Both the position numbers and the translations under genes were made by a program. The notes under the pieces were generated by a model. That model worked only from the letters and a program-made list of their open reading frames with translations. It was not told the DNA's origin and searched no databases. Below are positions 9,321 to 18,166 of a stretch of DNA of 64,000 bases, piece after piece. The first letter of the stretch is position 1. Each line of letters starts with the position of its first letter. Source of the stretch: Candidatus Nitrospinota bacterium M3_3B_026 (GTDB lineage Bacteria > Nitrospinota_A > UBA7883 > JBPRGF01); contig JBPRGF010000029.1 in assembly GCA_051418015.1 (NCBI GenBank), positions 96,001 through 160,000 on the forward strand, given 5' to 3'.

Positions 9321-11824
9321 CGCCAGCGGGCAAGATAATCAACATAGACGCTTTCAAGAAGAAGGAAAGCGGCCTGGCGCCTTCGCGCAAGCGCCCCGGC
9401 GATGACGGCGACGCGGAGCGCAGACGGAAAGAGTTCGTCTTTCTGCTTCTTCTTTCCGTGGCGCTGGCGCTGGCGCTGATGATGACCCCGTCCCGGACAG
9501 AGACCATAAAAGTCCCCGAGGAGGGGTCCATCGCCCCGGGGAACATCAAGGCCCCGGAGGACATGCTGATAGAGGACAACGAGTCCACGGCCAAGAAAAA
9601 ACGCGAGGCCAGGGAGGCGGTCCTGGACGTCTACGACTTCGACTCCCAGGCGGAGAAGAAGATCAAGGCGAAGATCAACGAGGCCTTTTTCACCATATCC
9701 TCGGTCTATTCCACCCGCGCCGGCATGAGGGCCTACAAGGACGTGATATCAGTGTTCGACGCCGACGAGGCGGTGTCCCCTCCACCGGGGGACGGGAGCC
9801 TGGCGGAATCGCGGGCGGCCGTGAATGAGTTTGAAAACAGCGAGGCCTTCAAGGCGGCGGAGAAGGAGTTCTGGGACAAGCTCGGCGTCGAACCCGCCGA
9901 AAAGGCGCTCAAGTCCGCCCGCTATTATCATTACTCCCCCAGGATAGGCGAGATGGTCTCATCGATCATAAGCCCTATATACGCCACCGGCCTTGTCACG
10001 AGCAAAGGGCAGCTTCCGCCCACATCGGCCCGGGGGATAACCCTGAGACGTCTTTCTACCGGCGCCTCGCGGGAGGTGAAGGATTTCCAGGAGATATACG
10101 ACCTCGCCGAGGCGGAAAGACGGATCAGGAAAGAGGCGGGGGTCATGATCTCCGACAACAGGCCGGGCCTGCGCAGGCTGGTGACACACATGGCCGAGGG
10201 GCTCGTCCAGCCAAACATTACCTTTAACAAAAAGGAGACCGAGCTGCGCAAGGATAAGGCCGAGGCCGAGACCAAGCCGGTCTTTTTCCGCGTCCAGCGG
10301 GGCGAGATGATAGTCCGCGAAGGGGAGCGGGTCACGCCGGCCCACGTGGCCAAGCTCGAGCACATAGCCGGGATGGAGAAGGACCGGGGAAGGATGGAGG
10401 TGTTCTTCGGGTTCCTGGCCCTCACCCTTCTCCTGGTGACGCTCTCGTCGATCTTCGTCAACAAGTTCCACGAGGACATCCGCGGCCATCCACGGCTCCA
10501 GCTTCTGCTGGCCATGCTGCTTGTCGGGCACATGGGGCTCATCTGGGTCTTCACGCAGGTGTTCACCGTGTTCGCGCCACAGGCGGCGGGGCTGGGGATC
10601 GAGACGTACATCCTGGCCGCGCCGCTGGCCTTTGGGCCGATGATGGTCTCGATTTTTTTCAATACGGAGCTGACAGTCCTTTTCACCATAGTGGCCGCGG
10701 CGCTGACGGGCCTTTATTTCAGGGATTTTTCCATGCCCTCGCTCATCACCATGACCGGCGGGATGATCTGCGCCTACCAGGTGCGGATGTACAGCAAGCG
10801 CTCGTCGGTGATGAAGGTGGGGGCTTACGTGTCGGTGGTCAACGCCGTGGCGGTGGCGGCCTTCGCCATGGCCGGGGGCGAGCCGTTGTCGGACAGGCTG
10901 GTGAGCAGCATGGTCCTGGCGGCCATGGGGGGGGCGCTGACGGTGCTGTTCGTCTCCGGGGCCCTGCCGCTTGTGGAGGGGCTGTTTCCCGTGGTGACGG
11001 ACATAAAGCTGCTGGAGATAGTGAACCAGGACCATCCACTGCTGCGCCGGATGATAATGGAGGCGCCGGGGACCTACCAGCATTCCATGATGGTGGGCGT
11101 CCTGGCCGAGGAGGCCTGCAAGGCCATCGGCGCCAACGCTCTGCTGGCCAAGGCCGGCGCCATGTTCCACGACATCGGGAAGCTCAAGAAACCGGAGTAT
11201 TTCTCCGAAAACCAGACTCACGGCAAGAACCCCCACGACAAGCTCACCCCCTCCATGAGCACGCTGATCGTCGTCAACCACGTGAAGGAGGGGCTGGAGA
11301 TGGCCAGGCAGTACAAGCTCCTGCCCCAGATCGCCGCCATGATACCGGAGCACCACGGCACGCAGTTGGCGTCCTTCTTTTACGAGAAGGCCAAAAGGGC
11401 CGAGGACACCACCAGGGGGACGGTCAAGGAGGGCGATTTTCGGTATCCCGGCCCGGCCCCGGGATCGAAGGAGTCGGCCTGCGTGGCGCTGGCGGACAAC
11501 ATAGAGGCCCGCGCCCGCGCCTGCAAGGACCCCACGCCGCTGATGATCAAGACGCTGGTCAAGGAGGCCATAAACGACAAGTTCGAGCAGGGCCAGCTGG
11601 ACAACAGTCATCTCACCTTGAAAGACCTGGCGATGATGGAGGACAGCTTCGTGCGGGTCCTTTCGGCGATACACCACCACAGAATAGAATATCCCGGCGC
11701 GAAGGAGGGGGAGAGGCGAGGCGGCCATGGCGGTGAGCATACTCAAGAGGAAAAGGACGAAAAAACCCGGCGCGGGGCGCCTGCGGAGGAAGGCGGAGCT
11801 GATCCTGTCTTCCCTGGGTCTTGA
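9317..11824 (+). CDS. 7TM-HDIG membrane phosphohydrolase (PgpH-like cyclic-dinucleotide phosphodiesterase family)
   Basis: Extracellular domain, about 7 TM helices, then APGTYQHS, FHDIGK, EHHGT, FRYPGP, LADNIEA; conserved phoH-HD-ybeY synteny. Confidence 0.92.
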   Translation: MTPAGKIINIDAFKKKESGLAPSRKRPGDDGDAERRRKEFVFLLLLSVALALALMMTPSRTETIKVPEEGSIAPGNIKAPEDMLIEDNESTAKKKREAREAVLDVYDFDSQAEKKIKAKINEAFFTISSVYSTRAGMRAYKDVISVFDADEAVSPPPGDGSLAESRAAVNEFENSEAFKAAEKEFWDKLGVEPAEKALKSARYYHYSPRIGEMVSSIISPIYATGLVTSKGQLPPTSARGITLRRLSTGASREVKDFQEIYDLAEAERRIRKEAGVMISDNRPGLRRLVTHMAEGLVQPNITFNKKETELRKDKAEAETKPVFFRVQRGEMIVREGERVTPAHVAKLEHIAGMEKDRGRMEVFFGFLALTLLLVTLSSIFVNKFHEDIRGHPRLQLLLAMLLVGHMGLIWVFTQVFTVFAPQAAGLGIETYILAAPLAFGPMMVSIFFNTELTVLFTIVAAALTGLYFRDFSMPSLITMTGGMICAYQVRMYSKRSSVMKVGAYVSVVNAVAVAAFAMAGGEPLSDRLVSSMVLAAMGGALTVLFVSGALPLVEGLFPVVTDIKLLEIVNQDHPLLRRMIMEAPGTYQHSMMVGVLAEEACKAIGANALLAKAGAMFHDIGKLKKPEYFSENQTHGKNPHDKLTPSMSTLIVVNHVKEGLEMARQYKLLPQIAAMIPEHHGTQLASFFYEKAKRAEDTTRGTVKEGDFRYPGPAPGSKESACVALADNIEARARACKDPTPLMIKTLVKEAINDKFEQGQLDNSHLTLKDLAMMEDSFVRVLSAIHHHRIEYPGAKEGERRGGHGGEHTQEEKDEKTRRGAPAEEGGADPVFPGS

Positions 11825-12170
11825 CGGCGCCGAGCTGAGCGTCCTGCTGACGGACGACGCCGAGATACGGTCCCTCAACCGAGACTACAGGGGCAAGGAT
11901 CGCCCCACCGACGTGCTCTCTTTCTCTCAGCGGGAGGGGGAGTTTCCCGGCGTGGCCCCGGAGCAACTGGGGGATGTCGTGATATCGCTGGACACGGCCG
12001 CCCGCCAGGCCGAAAAGCTCGGCCACTCTCTCGATGATGAGGTGGAAAGACTTTTGGTCCACGGTGTATTGCACCTGGCGGGCTACGATCACGAGAAGGG
12101 CGGCGCCGAGGCCAGGCGGATGAGGGACAGGGAGAAAAAGACTCTGGAGCTTCTCGCGGGAGAGGAGTGA
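11727..12170 (+). CDS. ybeY: rRNA maturation endoribonuclease YbeY
   Basis: LNRDYRGKDRPTDVLSF and HGVLHLAGYDH zinc motif. Confidence 0.96.
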   Translation: MAVSILKRKRTKKPGAGRLRRKAELILSSLGLDGAELSVLLTDDAEIRSLNRDYRGKDRPTDVLSFSQREGEFPGVAPEQLGDVVISLDTAARQAEKLGHSLDDEVERLLVHGVLHLAGYDHEKGGAEARRMRDREKKTLELLAGEE

Positions 12171-12198
12171 ACAGGAGGCCACGCATTGCGCTTCCCGG

Positions 12199-12325
12199 CC
12201 GGACAGCGGGGTCCTTCGCCTCCGGCTCAGGATGACATAGGGTAAACTTCGCCGGAGGACCCCGCTGTCCGGCGCTGGATGCTTCATACCCTTTCATTTC
12301 CTCAGGGCTTCGGTTCAGCATGACA
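12199..12325. repeat. Hairpin plus REP-like half-repeats between convergent genes (possible bidirectional terminator or stabiliser)
   Basis: 16-bp perfect stem ccggacagcggggtcc/ggaccccgctgtccgg; ggctcaggatgaca and ggttcagcatgaca arms. Confidence 0.65.
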
Positions 12326-12374
12326 TTTGGAAGAGCGGCGCCACGCGCGGGCGCGGCTCGTTCCCGGGCCGTGG

Positions 12375-13430
12375 TCAGGGCAGGCTGACGGTCTTCTCCA
12401 GGACGCGGCGGAAGGCCGCGGAGGTTTTTTCGAACGAGAAGTCGTCCAGCCGATCAAGCTGCGACTCGATCATCCTTCCCCGGACGGCCCCGTCGGTTCT
12501 TATGATCTCCAAAAGCTCGGCGATCTCGTTCGGCCTCGTCTCCGGCCCGAACACCGCCCCCGCCCCCTCCATCGTGCGCCGAACCCCCGACACGGAGAGG
12601 GCCGCCACGGGGACGCGGAACCGCATCGCCTCCAGCAGGGGGACGCAGAACCCCTCGTGGCGGCTCAAGCACAGGAATGCCGACGCGCTGGCGAAGTAGT
12701 CGGCAAGCTCCCGGCCGGAGACGGCGCCGGTGAAGACAACGTCCGGCAGGTCCAGCAAATCCACGAGCCTGCGCAGGCCGCGGTAGTAGCGTCCTCCCGC
12801 GTCGAACCCTCCGGCTATCACCAGCCGGGAGTCTTTGTTTATATAGTTGCGGTAGAAGTGGAAAACCTTCAAAAGGTCGGCGTGGGCCTTGTTGGGGGCC
12901 ACCCTGCCGACGAAGAGGATGTTGAACTTCCCGTCGCCGAAGGGGTCATTCCCGGAGGGGGTGAGGTTGTCGAACCGCAGGATGAGGGGGACGACGGCGG
13001 TGTTCGAAAAACCGAGGCTTGAAAGCTCCTGTTCGTTGTAGGGGGAGACGGCGATGGCCAGCTTCGCCTTCCGCGCGAACTTTGGCAGGAGCCGCCTGCC
13101 CTCGCGGGAGTTTCGGGCGGCGGTCTCGTCATAGCCTTCGAAAAACTCCACGGGGGTGATGTTGTGGTAGACGAGGATGAGTTTTTCCACTCTCTCCAGG
13201 GCGTACTCGTTCACCGGCGAGCCGGTGGAGTAGTGGTATATCACCCACGGGTCATCGCCCCGCTCCCGCTCGAAATCGCGGCAGTCCCGCGCCTCGAGCC
13301 TGTCGTGGATGACGTCGGCGAAAATTTCCGACTCATGCCCCCACTCGCGCAGCAGCCGCTGGATTTCCGTGACCTGGTTTCCTATCGCGTCGCCGTACCA
13401 GTAGTTCGGCAGCATCTGGTGGATTTTCAT
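12375..13430 (-). CDS. GT4-family glycosyltransferase
   Basis: Start MKIHQMLP; GDAIGN, YHNITP, FVGRVAPNK, HEGFCVPLLEAM. Confidence 0.9.
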   Translation of the reverse strand: MKIHQMLPNYWYGDAIGNQVTEIQRLLREWGHESEIFADVIHDRLEARDCRDFERERGDDPWVIYHYSTGSPVNEYALERVEKLILVYHNITPVEFFEGYDETAARNSREGRRLLPKFARKAKLAIAVSPYNEQELSSLGFSNTAVVPLILRFDNLTPSGNDPFGDGKFNILFVGRVAPNKAHADLLKVFHFYRNYINKDSRLVIAGGFDAGGRYYRGLRRLVDLLDLPDVVFTGAVSGRELADYFASASAFLCLSRHEGFCVPLLEAMRFRVPVAALSVSGVRRTMEGAGAVFGPETRPNEIAELLEIIRTDGAVRGRMIESQLDRLDDFSFEKTSAAFRRVLEKTVSLP

Positions 13431-13434
13431 TCGC

Positions 13435-14628
13435 CTAAGCCGCCCGCTCCAGCGCTTCCAAAAAAATCTTGAACCGGCGGCAGATGGTGTCCCAGGTGTA
13501 GTTTTTCTCGGCATACTCCCTGCCGCGCCGCCCCATCTCATCGGCCCGCGCCGGGTCCTCCAGCAAATAATCGGTCGCCTCGGAAAACTCCGCGAAGCTT
13601 CCGAAGGCGATCCCCCCGCCGGATTCGGCCACGGCCTCGGACGTCGGGCCGCAGGCGGAGTGGACAAGGACCGGCCGCCCGGCAAGCCACGACTCCATAA
13701 TGACGAGCGAAAAACTCTCCATCAGCGAAGGCTGGCAAAGCGCCGTGGCGGCGGCGTATGCGTCGGCCTTCTCCTCCGGCGGGACGAAGCCGAGGTCGAG
13801 GGTGTCGTCCTTTATCTCTTCGGGTATGGGGACGCTCCCTGATCCGATGGAGACGAACTTCAAGGGCGAGCCGGGGTTTTTCGCCTTGTAACGGCTGAAA
13901 AAATCCATCAGCAACGGGACGTTCTTGCCTTCGTCGCGCCTGCCCACGTAGAGAATGAAGGGAACATCGCCCAGGCCGTGTTTTTCGCGGAACCGTTCGG
14001 CGTCGGCCCCTTTCACCCTGTCCACCCCCTCGCCCATGAGGATCGGCTCCGTCCGGCGCAGTCCGCCGTAAAGGCTCATGGCAAGGCGCATCTCCGCCCT
14101 GGAGTTGAAAAGCGCCGCGATGGCCCTGTCGAACATTTGTTTTGCGACCCTCATCCTGGCGTAGCCCTCGTCGTGCAGGCAGGGGATGAGGATGGAGCGT
14201 TCCGGGGCGACCTTTGTTCCCCACAGCGACAGGCCGAACAGGTACGGGATGAAAAAGTAGTAGCGGTTTTTCTTGTTGTCGCCGATGAACTCGTAGAGCG
14301 CGTCGGAGTTGACCGCGTTGGTCATGTAGTCGATCTCGTCCTCGAGGGTCACGGGCAGGCCGCGGACCAGCCGCTCGTTGGCCCTGGCGAAGGCGTGCCC
14401 GTCCACCGGGCGCGGGTGGAACCTTCTCACCGTGACGCCGTTGACGTCGTAGACCCCCGGCTCCCAGTATGGCCTGTTCCAGTCGCTCGCGAGGTTTTTA
14501 AGGGTGGTTGTGAGCACCTCCACGTCCACGCCGCGCAGGTAGAGATTCTCCGCAAGCCGGCGGCACTGCGTCTCCGCCCCGCCGCCGATGTCGTCACCGT
14601 AGAAGGGGACGACGAAGGAGGCGATCAC
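13435..14628 (-). CDS. GT4-family glycosyltransferase
   Basis: GTG start overlaps the wzt stop (GTGA); GGAE, YVGRRDEGKN, ESFSLVIMESW. Confidence 0.9.
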   Translation of the reverse strand: MIASFVVPFYGDDIGGGAETQCRRLAENLYLRGVDVEVLTTTLKNLASDWNRPYWEPGVYDVNGVTVRRFHPRPVDGHAFARANERLVRGLPVTLEDEIDYMTNAVNSDALYEFIGDNKKNRYYFFIPYLFGLSLWGTKVAPERSILIPCLHDEGYARMRVAKQMFDRAIAALFNSRAEMRLAMSLYGGLRRTEPILMGEGVDRVKGADAERFREKHGLGDVPFILYVGRRDEGKNVPLLMDFFSRYKAKNPGSPLKFVSIGSGSVPIPEEIKDDTLDLGFVPPEEKADAYAAATALCQPSLMESFSLVIMESWLAGRPVLVHSACGPTSEAVAESGGGIAFGSFAEFSEATDYLLEDPARADEMGRRGREYAEKNYTWDTICRRFKIFLEALERAA

Positions 14629-15902
14629 TGCCCTTCCTCCCTGGCCCGGGACACCGCGGCGCCTTCTATGGCCCAGGAATGGGGCGGGCGGAAGACGCCG
14701 ACCTCCTTCAGCTTGCTGCGGACGGAGAACTCGTACATCTGGTCGTGGTAGTCGTATGGATGGCCGTCCTTGGCGTGGGCCGCAAGGGAGAGGGCGTACG
14801 AGCCGTTGACGAGGTCGAGCCGGTCGAAGGTCACCGTCGCCTTTCCCGGCCCCTCGACCCTTTCTATTTTCAACCCCTCTATGTCGGTGTTGACGCCGTA
14901 GCAGAGCGACCCGTCGGTCTTGTATATGGCCACGCCGAAGACCGGCTCGGCCACGGGCTGGCGGGCCGTATACTCCACCTCCACGGACATGGCGTCGCCG
15001 GTGTGATAGACGTAGCGCTCCTCCCCGTCCGCGCCGCGCATGGTGACGCGGGTTATCTCCACCTCCCGCGTCCCCCAGCGGTTGCGCTGCTCTTCCGGCT
15101 CCTCTTTTTCTTTCTCCCTGCCGTCCAGGATTATCTTGTTCTCCGACTCCGCCACGGAGCTCAGGTACTCGTCCACCACCCGGTTGGGCTTGCCGATTCT
15201 CCTCACCTCGCCCTTGTCCACCCAGACCGCCCCGTCGCACCATCGCTCCACCTCGGGAAGGTCGTGGGTCACCAGGATGATGGTTTTGCCCGCTTTCTTG
15301 AAGGCGTCCATCTTTTCCCGGCACTTTTCGCCGAAGGACTGGTCCCCCACCGCCAGCACCTCGTCCACCAGCAGGATGTCCGGGTCGACGTGGATGGCAA
15401 CGGAGAAGCCGAGCCGCATGAACATCCCGGAGGAGTAAGTTCGCACAGGGTTGTCGATAAAATCCTCCAGCTCGGCGAAGGAGACTATCTCGTCAAACTT
15501 TTTGATTATGTCCCGCCTGCGCAGGCCCAGGATGGAGGCGTTGATGAAGACGTTCTCGCGACCCGAGAAATCCGGGTGGAACCCCGCGCCAAGCTCTATG
15601 AGGGCGGAGACGCGGCCGTTGACGGCGAGGACCCCGCTGTCGGGTTTGTATATGCCGGCGATCAGCTTCAGGATCGTGGACTTGCCGGAGCCGTTCCGGC
15701 CGATTATCCCCCACGTCTGGCCCTTCGGGACGCTGAACGAGATGTCCTTCAGCGCCTCGAAGCTCCCGTTTGGGGAGGCGGCCGGACTCGCCTTTCCGCT
15801 GATCTTCGTCAGCAGATAGCCTTTCAGCGTCTGGTAGTTGTGGCTCAGATTCACACGGCGGAACTTTTTGTTCACGCCTGCAAGCTCGATGGAGTTCTCC
15901 AT
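14625..15902 (-). CDS. wzt: Polysaccharide ABC exporter ATP-binding protein with C-terminal Wzt_C carbohydrate-binding domain
   Basis: GRNGSGKST, ALIELGAGFHP, YSSGM, VDEVLAVGD, C-terminal beta-sandwich. Confidence 0.93.
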   Translation of the reverse strand: MENSIELAGVNKKFRRVNLSHNYQTLKGYLLTKISGKASPAASPNGSFEALKDISFSVPKGQTWGIIGRNGSGKSTILKLIAGIYKPDSGVLAVNGRVSALIELGAGFHPDFSGRENVFINASILGLRRRDIIKKFDEIVSFAELEDFIDNPVRTYSSGMFMRLGFSVAIHVDPDILLVDEVLAVGDQSFGEKCREKMDAFKKAGKTIILVTHDLPEVERWCDGAVWVDKGEVRRIGKPNRVVDEYLSSVAESENKIILDGREKEKEEPEEQRNRWGTREVEITRVTMRGADGEERYVYHTGDAMSVEVEYTARQPVAEPVFGVAIYKTDGSLCYGVNTDIEGLKIERVEGPGKATVTFDRLDLVNGSYALSLAAHAKDGHPYDYHDQMYEFSVRSKLKEVGVFRPPHSWAIEGAAVSRAREEGQ

Positions 15903-16044
15903 AGCGTTTGTAAAAATCCGGTGACAAGCGGCCCGCCGGGGCAAATCCCGCCTCCTTGACCCGCGGACGATGTTTCAAAACAAATTATACTATCACACCG
16001 CCGCTTTCAGGGCCGCCGCAGGCCGCTCGCCGCGGGAGACGGCA

Positions 16045-16869
16045 TCAGGCCCGTTTGCGAAGGGCTCCGGCGACCTCCCGGGCGATTATCTCCGCCACGT
16101 CCCCGGCGCCGGCTCCGGGTCTGCGGCCGTCATCTGCGTCACCGCCGGACGCGGCCTCGTCCGCCTGGCGGGTCATCCTGCCGCAGGCGTCGCACTCGTT
16201 GCAGGCGTCCGTCAGGATCCGCCGCCGCGGCCAGCCCTGGGCGTCGGCTATACGCTGGAGGTTTTCTATCTGCTCGGCGGTCAGCGGCCGGGCGCCGCCG
16301 AGCTGGCGGGCGTGGTAGGTGATCTCGGCGACGTGCTCCATCCGCTCGAGGGCGTTGTAGGCGCCCATCAGGTCCCGCCCGACGGTGACGGAGCCGTGCC
16401 GCTCCAGGATGATCGCGTCGAAGTCTTTTATGTAACAACTGATGGACTCGGCCACACTCTCCGTCGCCGGGGGGGCGTAGCCGGCCGTGGGGATGGAGCC
16501 GAGGGTGAAGACGACCTCCGGCAGCAGGCACTTGGCGAGCTTTATGCCGGCAAGCGAAAAGGCGACGGAATAGGTCGGGTGGGCGTGGACGACGGCGGTC
16601 ACATCCGCGCGCTGCCGGTAGCAGGCAAGATGCATCGCCGTCTCGCTGGAGGGTTTTCTGGAGCCTGCGATCAGGCGCCCCTCCATGTCGATGACGATCA
16701 GGTCTCGCGGGGTCATGAAGCCTTTGTGAGTCCCGCTGGGTGTTATCAGCAGCCTGTCGCGCCCGAGGCGGACGGAGACGTTGCCGTCGGTGGAGCTTAT
16801 CCAGCCCTTGCGATGGATGAACTCACAGACCTTTACTATTTCCCGTCTTTGTTCCTGTTCGCTCTTCAT
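16045..16869 (-). CDS. Class II aldolase (fuculose-phosphate aldolase-like) with C-terminal CxxCxxC linker and encapsulation peptide
   Basis: GNVS, ITPSG, PSSETAMH, VVHAHP, LERHG metal motifs; tail CNECDAC...DVAEIIAREVAGAL. Confidence 0.9.
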   Translation of the reverse strand: MKSEQEQRREIVKVCEFIHRKGWISSTDGNVSVRLGRDRLLITPSGTHKGFMTPRDLIVIDMEGRLIAGSRKPSSETAMHLACYRQRADVTAVVHAHPTYSVAFSLAGIKLAKCLLPEVVFTLGSIPTAGYAPPATESVAESISCYIKDFDAIILERHGSVTVGRDLMGAYNALERMEHVAEITYHARQLGGARPLTAEQIENLQRIADAQGWPRRRILTDACNECDACGRMTRQADEAASGGDADDGRRPGAGAGDVAEIIAREVAGALRKRA

Positions 16870-16880
16870 GGTGCTTAGTT

Positions 16881-16916
16881 ACAATATCTTATCGTGATGG
16901 ATATTGTTGCAATATC
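16881..16916. promoter_or_regulatory. Possible operator upstream of the aldolase gene
   Basis: ACAATATC-N11-GATATTGT overlapping GATATTG-N3-CAATATC in an AT-rich intergenic stretch. Confidence 0.35.
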
Positions 16917-17035
16917 GGTACTATATTCGCCGCCAAGAGTCGTGATCCAAGTGGCGCGACGACGAAATCCGGTCTGTCCGGGGCGATCCGCGCCGGACGA
17001 TGAAGATGAATAATCTATATAATTCAATATCTGCA

Positions 17036-17317
17036 CTATCTTCCCCCGGCCTCGATCTCGACCTGATCCACAATTCCTTCAATAACTGAATGAACTGGCG
17101 CTCCATCGTCCAAAAAGAGCTGACGGGAGGCGTTCCCCTCCACGGCGACAAGGACAATATCCCCGGGACCGGCCTGGGCGAAGTCAACCGACAGAAAAGT
17201 CTGGCCTTCCGGCTCCAGATTTTCATTCAAAGGTTGAACTATCATCACCTTGTGGCCCACGTATGAATGATGCTTGACCGTGGACTGGACGTTGCCCACC
17301 ACCCGGCACAGCTTCAT
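17036..17317 (-). CDS. BMC vertex pentamer (BMC-P, EutN/CcmL family)
   Basis: MKLCRVVGNVQSTVKH...D..QAGPGDIVLV..EG..VHSVIEGIVD. Confidence 0.93.
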   Translation of the reverse strand: MKLCRVVGNVQSTVKHHSYVGHKVMIVQPLNENLEPEGQTFLSVDFAQAGPGDIVLVAVEGNASRQLFLDDGAPVHSVIEGIVDQVEIEAGGR

Positions 17318-17592
17318 TTTTCAACATCCTCCGCGTTCACCGAATCGATGATTTCCACTATTCCCGCATCCACCGGCGTGAACTTCTCATCCAGGGCCAG
17401 CGACGCCTCGCGCCCGACGACGTATGCCACCAGGTCCCCCTCGCCCGCCTGCAACGGATCCGTGGCGATGATCGGCTCCCCTTTCGGCTTGTCCGCATGG
17501 TCGACCGGCTGAATCAGCAGCAACTTCACCCCCTCCAGCGCCTCGTGTTTCCGGGTGGCGACGACGCGCCCTTTGACTCTGGCAAGATGCAT
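17314..17592 (-). CDS. BMC vertex pentamer (BMC-P, EutN/CcmL family)
   Basis: MHLARVKGRVVATRK...DPLQAGEGD...PVDAGIVEIID. Confidence 0.93.
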   Translation of the reverse strand: MHLARVKGRVVATRKHEALEGVKLLLIQPVDHADKPKGEPIIATDPLQAGEGDLVAYVVGREASLALDEKFTPVDAGIVEIIDSVNAEDVEK

Positions 17593-17602
17593 AACGTTTT
17601 CT

Positions 17603-18166
17603 CTATAGAAGTTTCAGGTTGATGTCCTGATGTGGGTTTGGGATGATCTCATGGCACAGCAGCGTCCCCTGCTCGGCGATTATCGCCACCCCCGCCTCCG
17701 CCGCCGCCTCGATCTCGTGAAGCTCACCTGTCATGGTATAGAACGATTTGCCGCCGAGTCCGTTTGCCATCCGCAGTTCGATCAGCGTGACCTCCGCCGC
17801 CTTCGCCGCCGCGTCGGCGGACAGGATGACCGAAGCGACCGAGAAGACCTCGATGATAGCCAGCGACTCGATCCCGCCCACCTCCACGCAGGCCTCCATC
17901 GCCGGGATGAGCTGCTCGTGGGCGTTCGGCAGGAACATGTCGTCCACGATCATCTCCCCCGCGTGGGCGGCCCCGGCCCGGTAGGCCTCCTCCACCGGCC
18001 CCACCTCGCCCGCCACAACGATGATGTACTTGCCCGGGCAGACCGTCCGCGCCTCCATCAGCCGGACGGGCGCCTTCTTGACCATCTCGTCGGCCGTTTT
18101 CACCCCCCGGGCGATGGAGCGAAGCTCGATAAGCGCCACGGCGGGCTCGTTATACGTCCCGGTCAT
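17603..18166 (-). CDS. pduT: Tandem BMC shell protein (BMC-T, PduT-like, with pore Cys)
   Basis: IELRSIARG..AD.MVK, TVCPGKY, second domain with ADAAAKAA..MANGLGGK. Confidence 0.88.
   Translation of the reverse strand: MTGTYNEPAVALIELRSIARGVKTADEMVKKAPVRLMEARTVCPGKYIIVVAGEVGPVEEAYRAGAAHAGEMIVDDMFLPNAHEQLIPAMEACVEVGGIESLAIIEVFSVASVILSADAAAKAAEVTLIELRMANGLGGKSFYTMTGELHEIEAAAEAGVAIIAEQGTLLCHEIIPNPHQDINLKLL

Noticed and set aside
13435..15324. N-terminal extensions given by the ORF track (also for 12375, 19675, 33241, 43372, 56366)
   Set aside because: They overlap upstream genes; homology motifs and stop/start overlaps support the shorter starts used here
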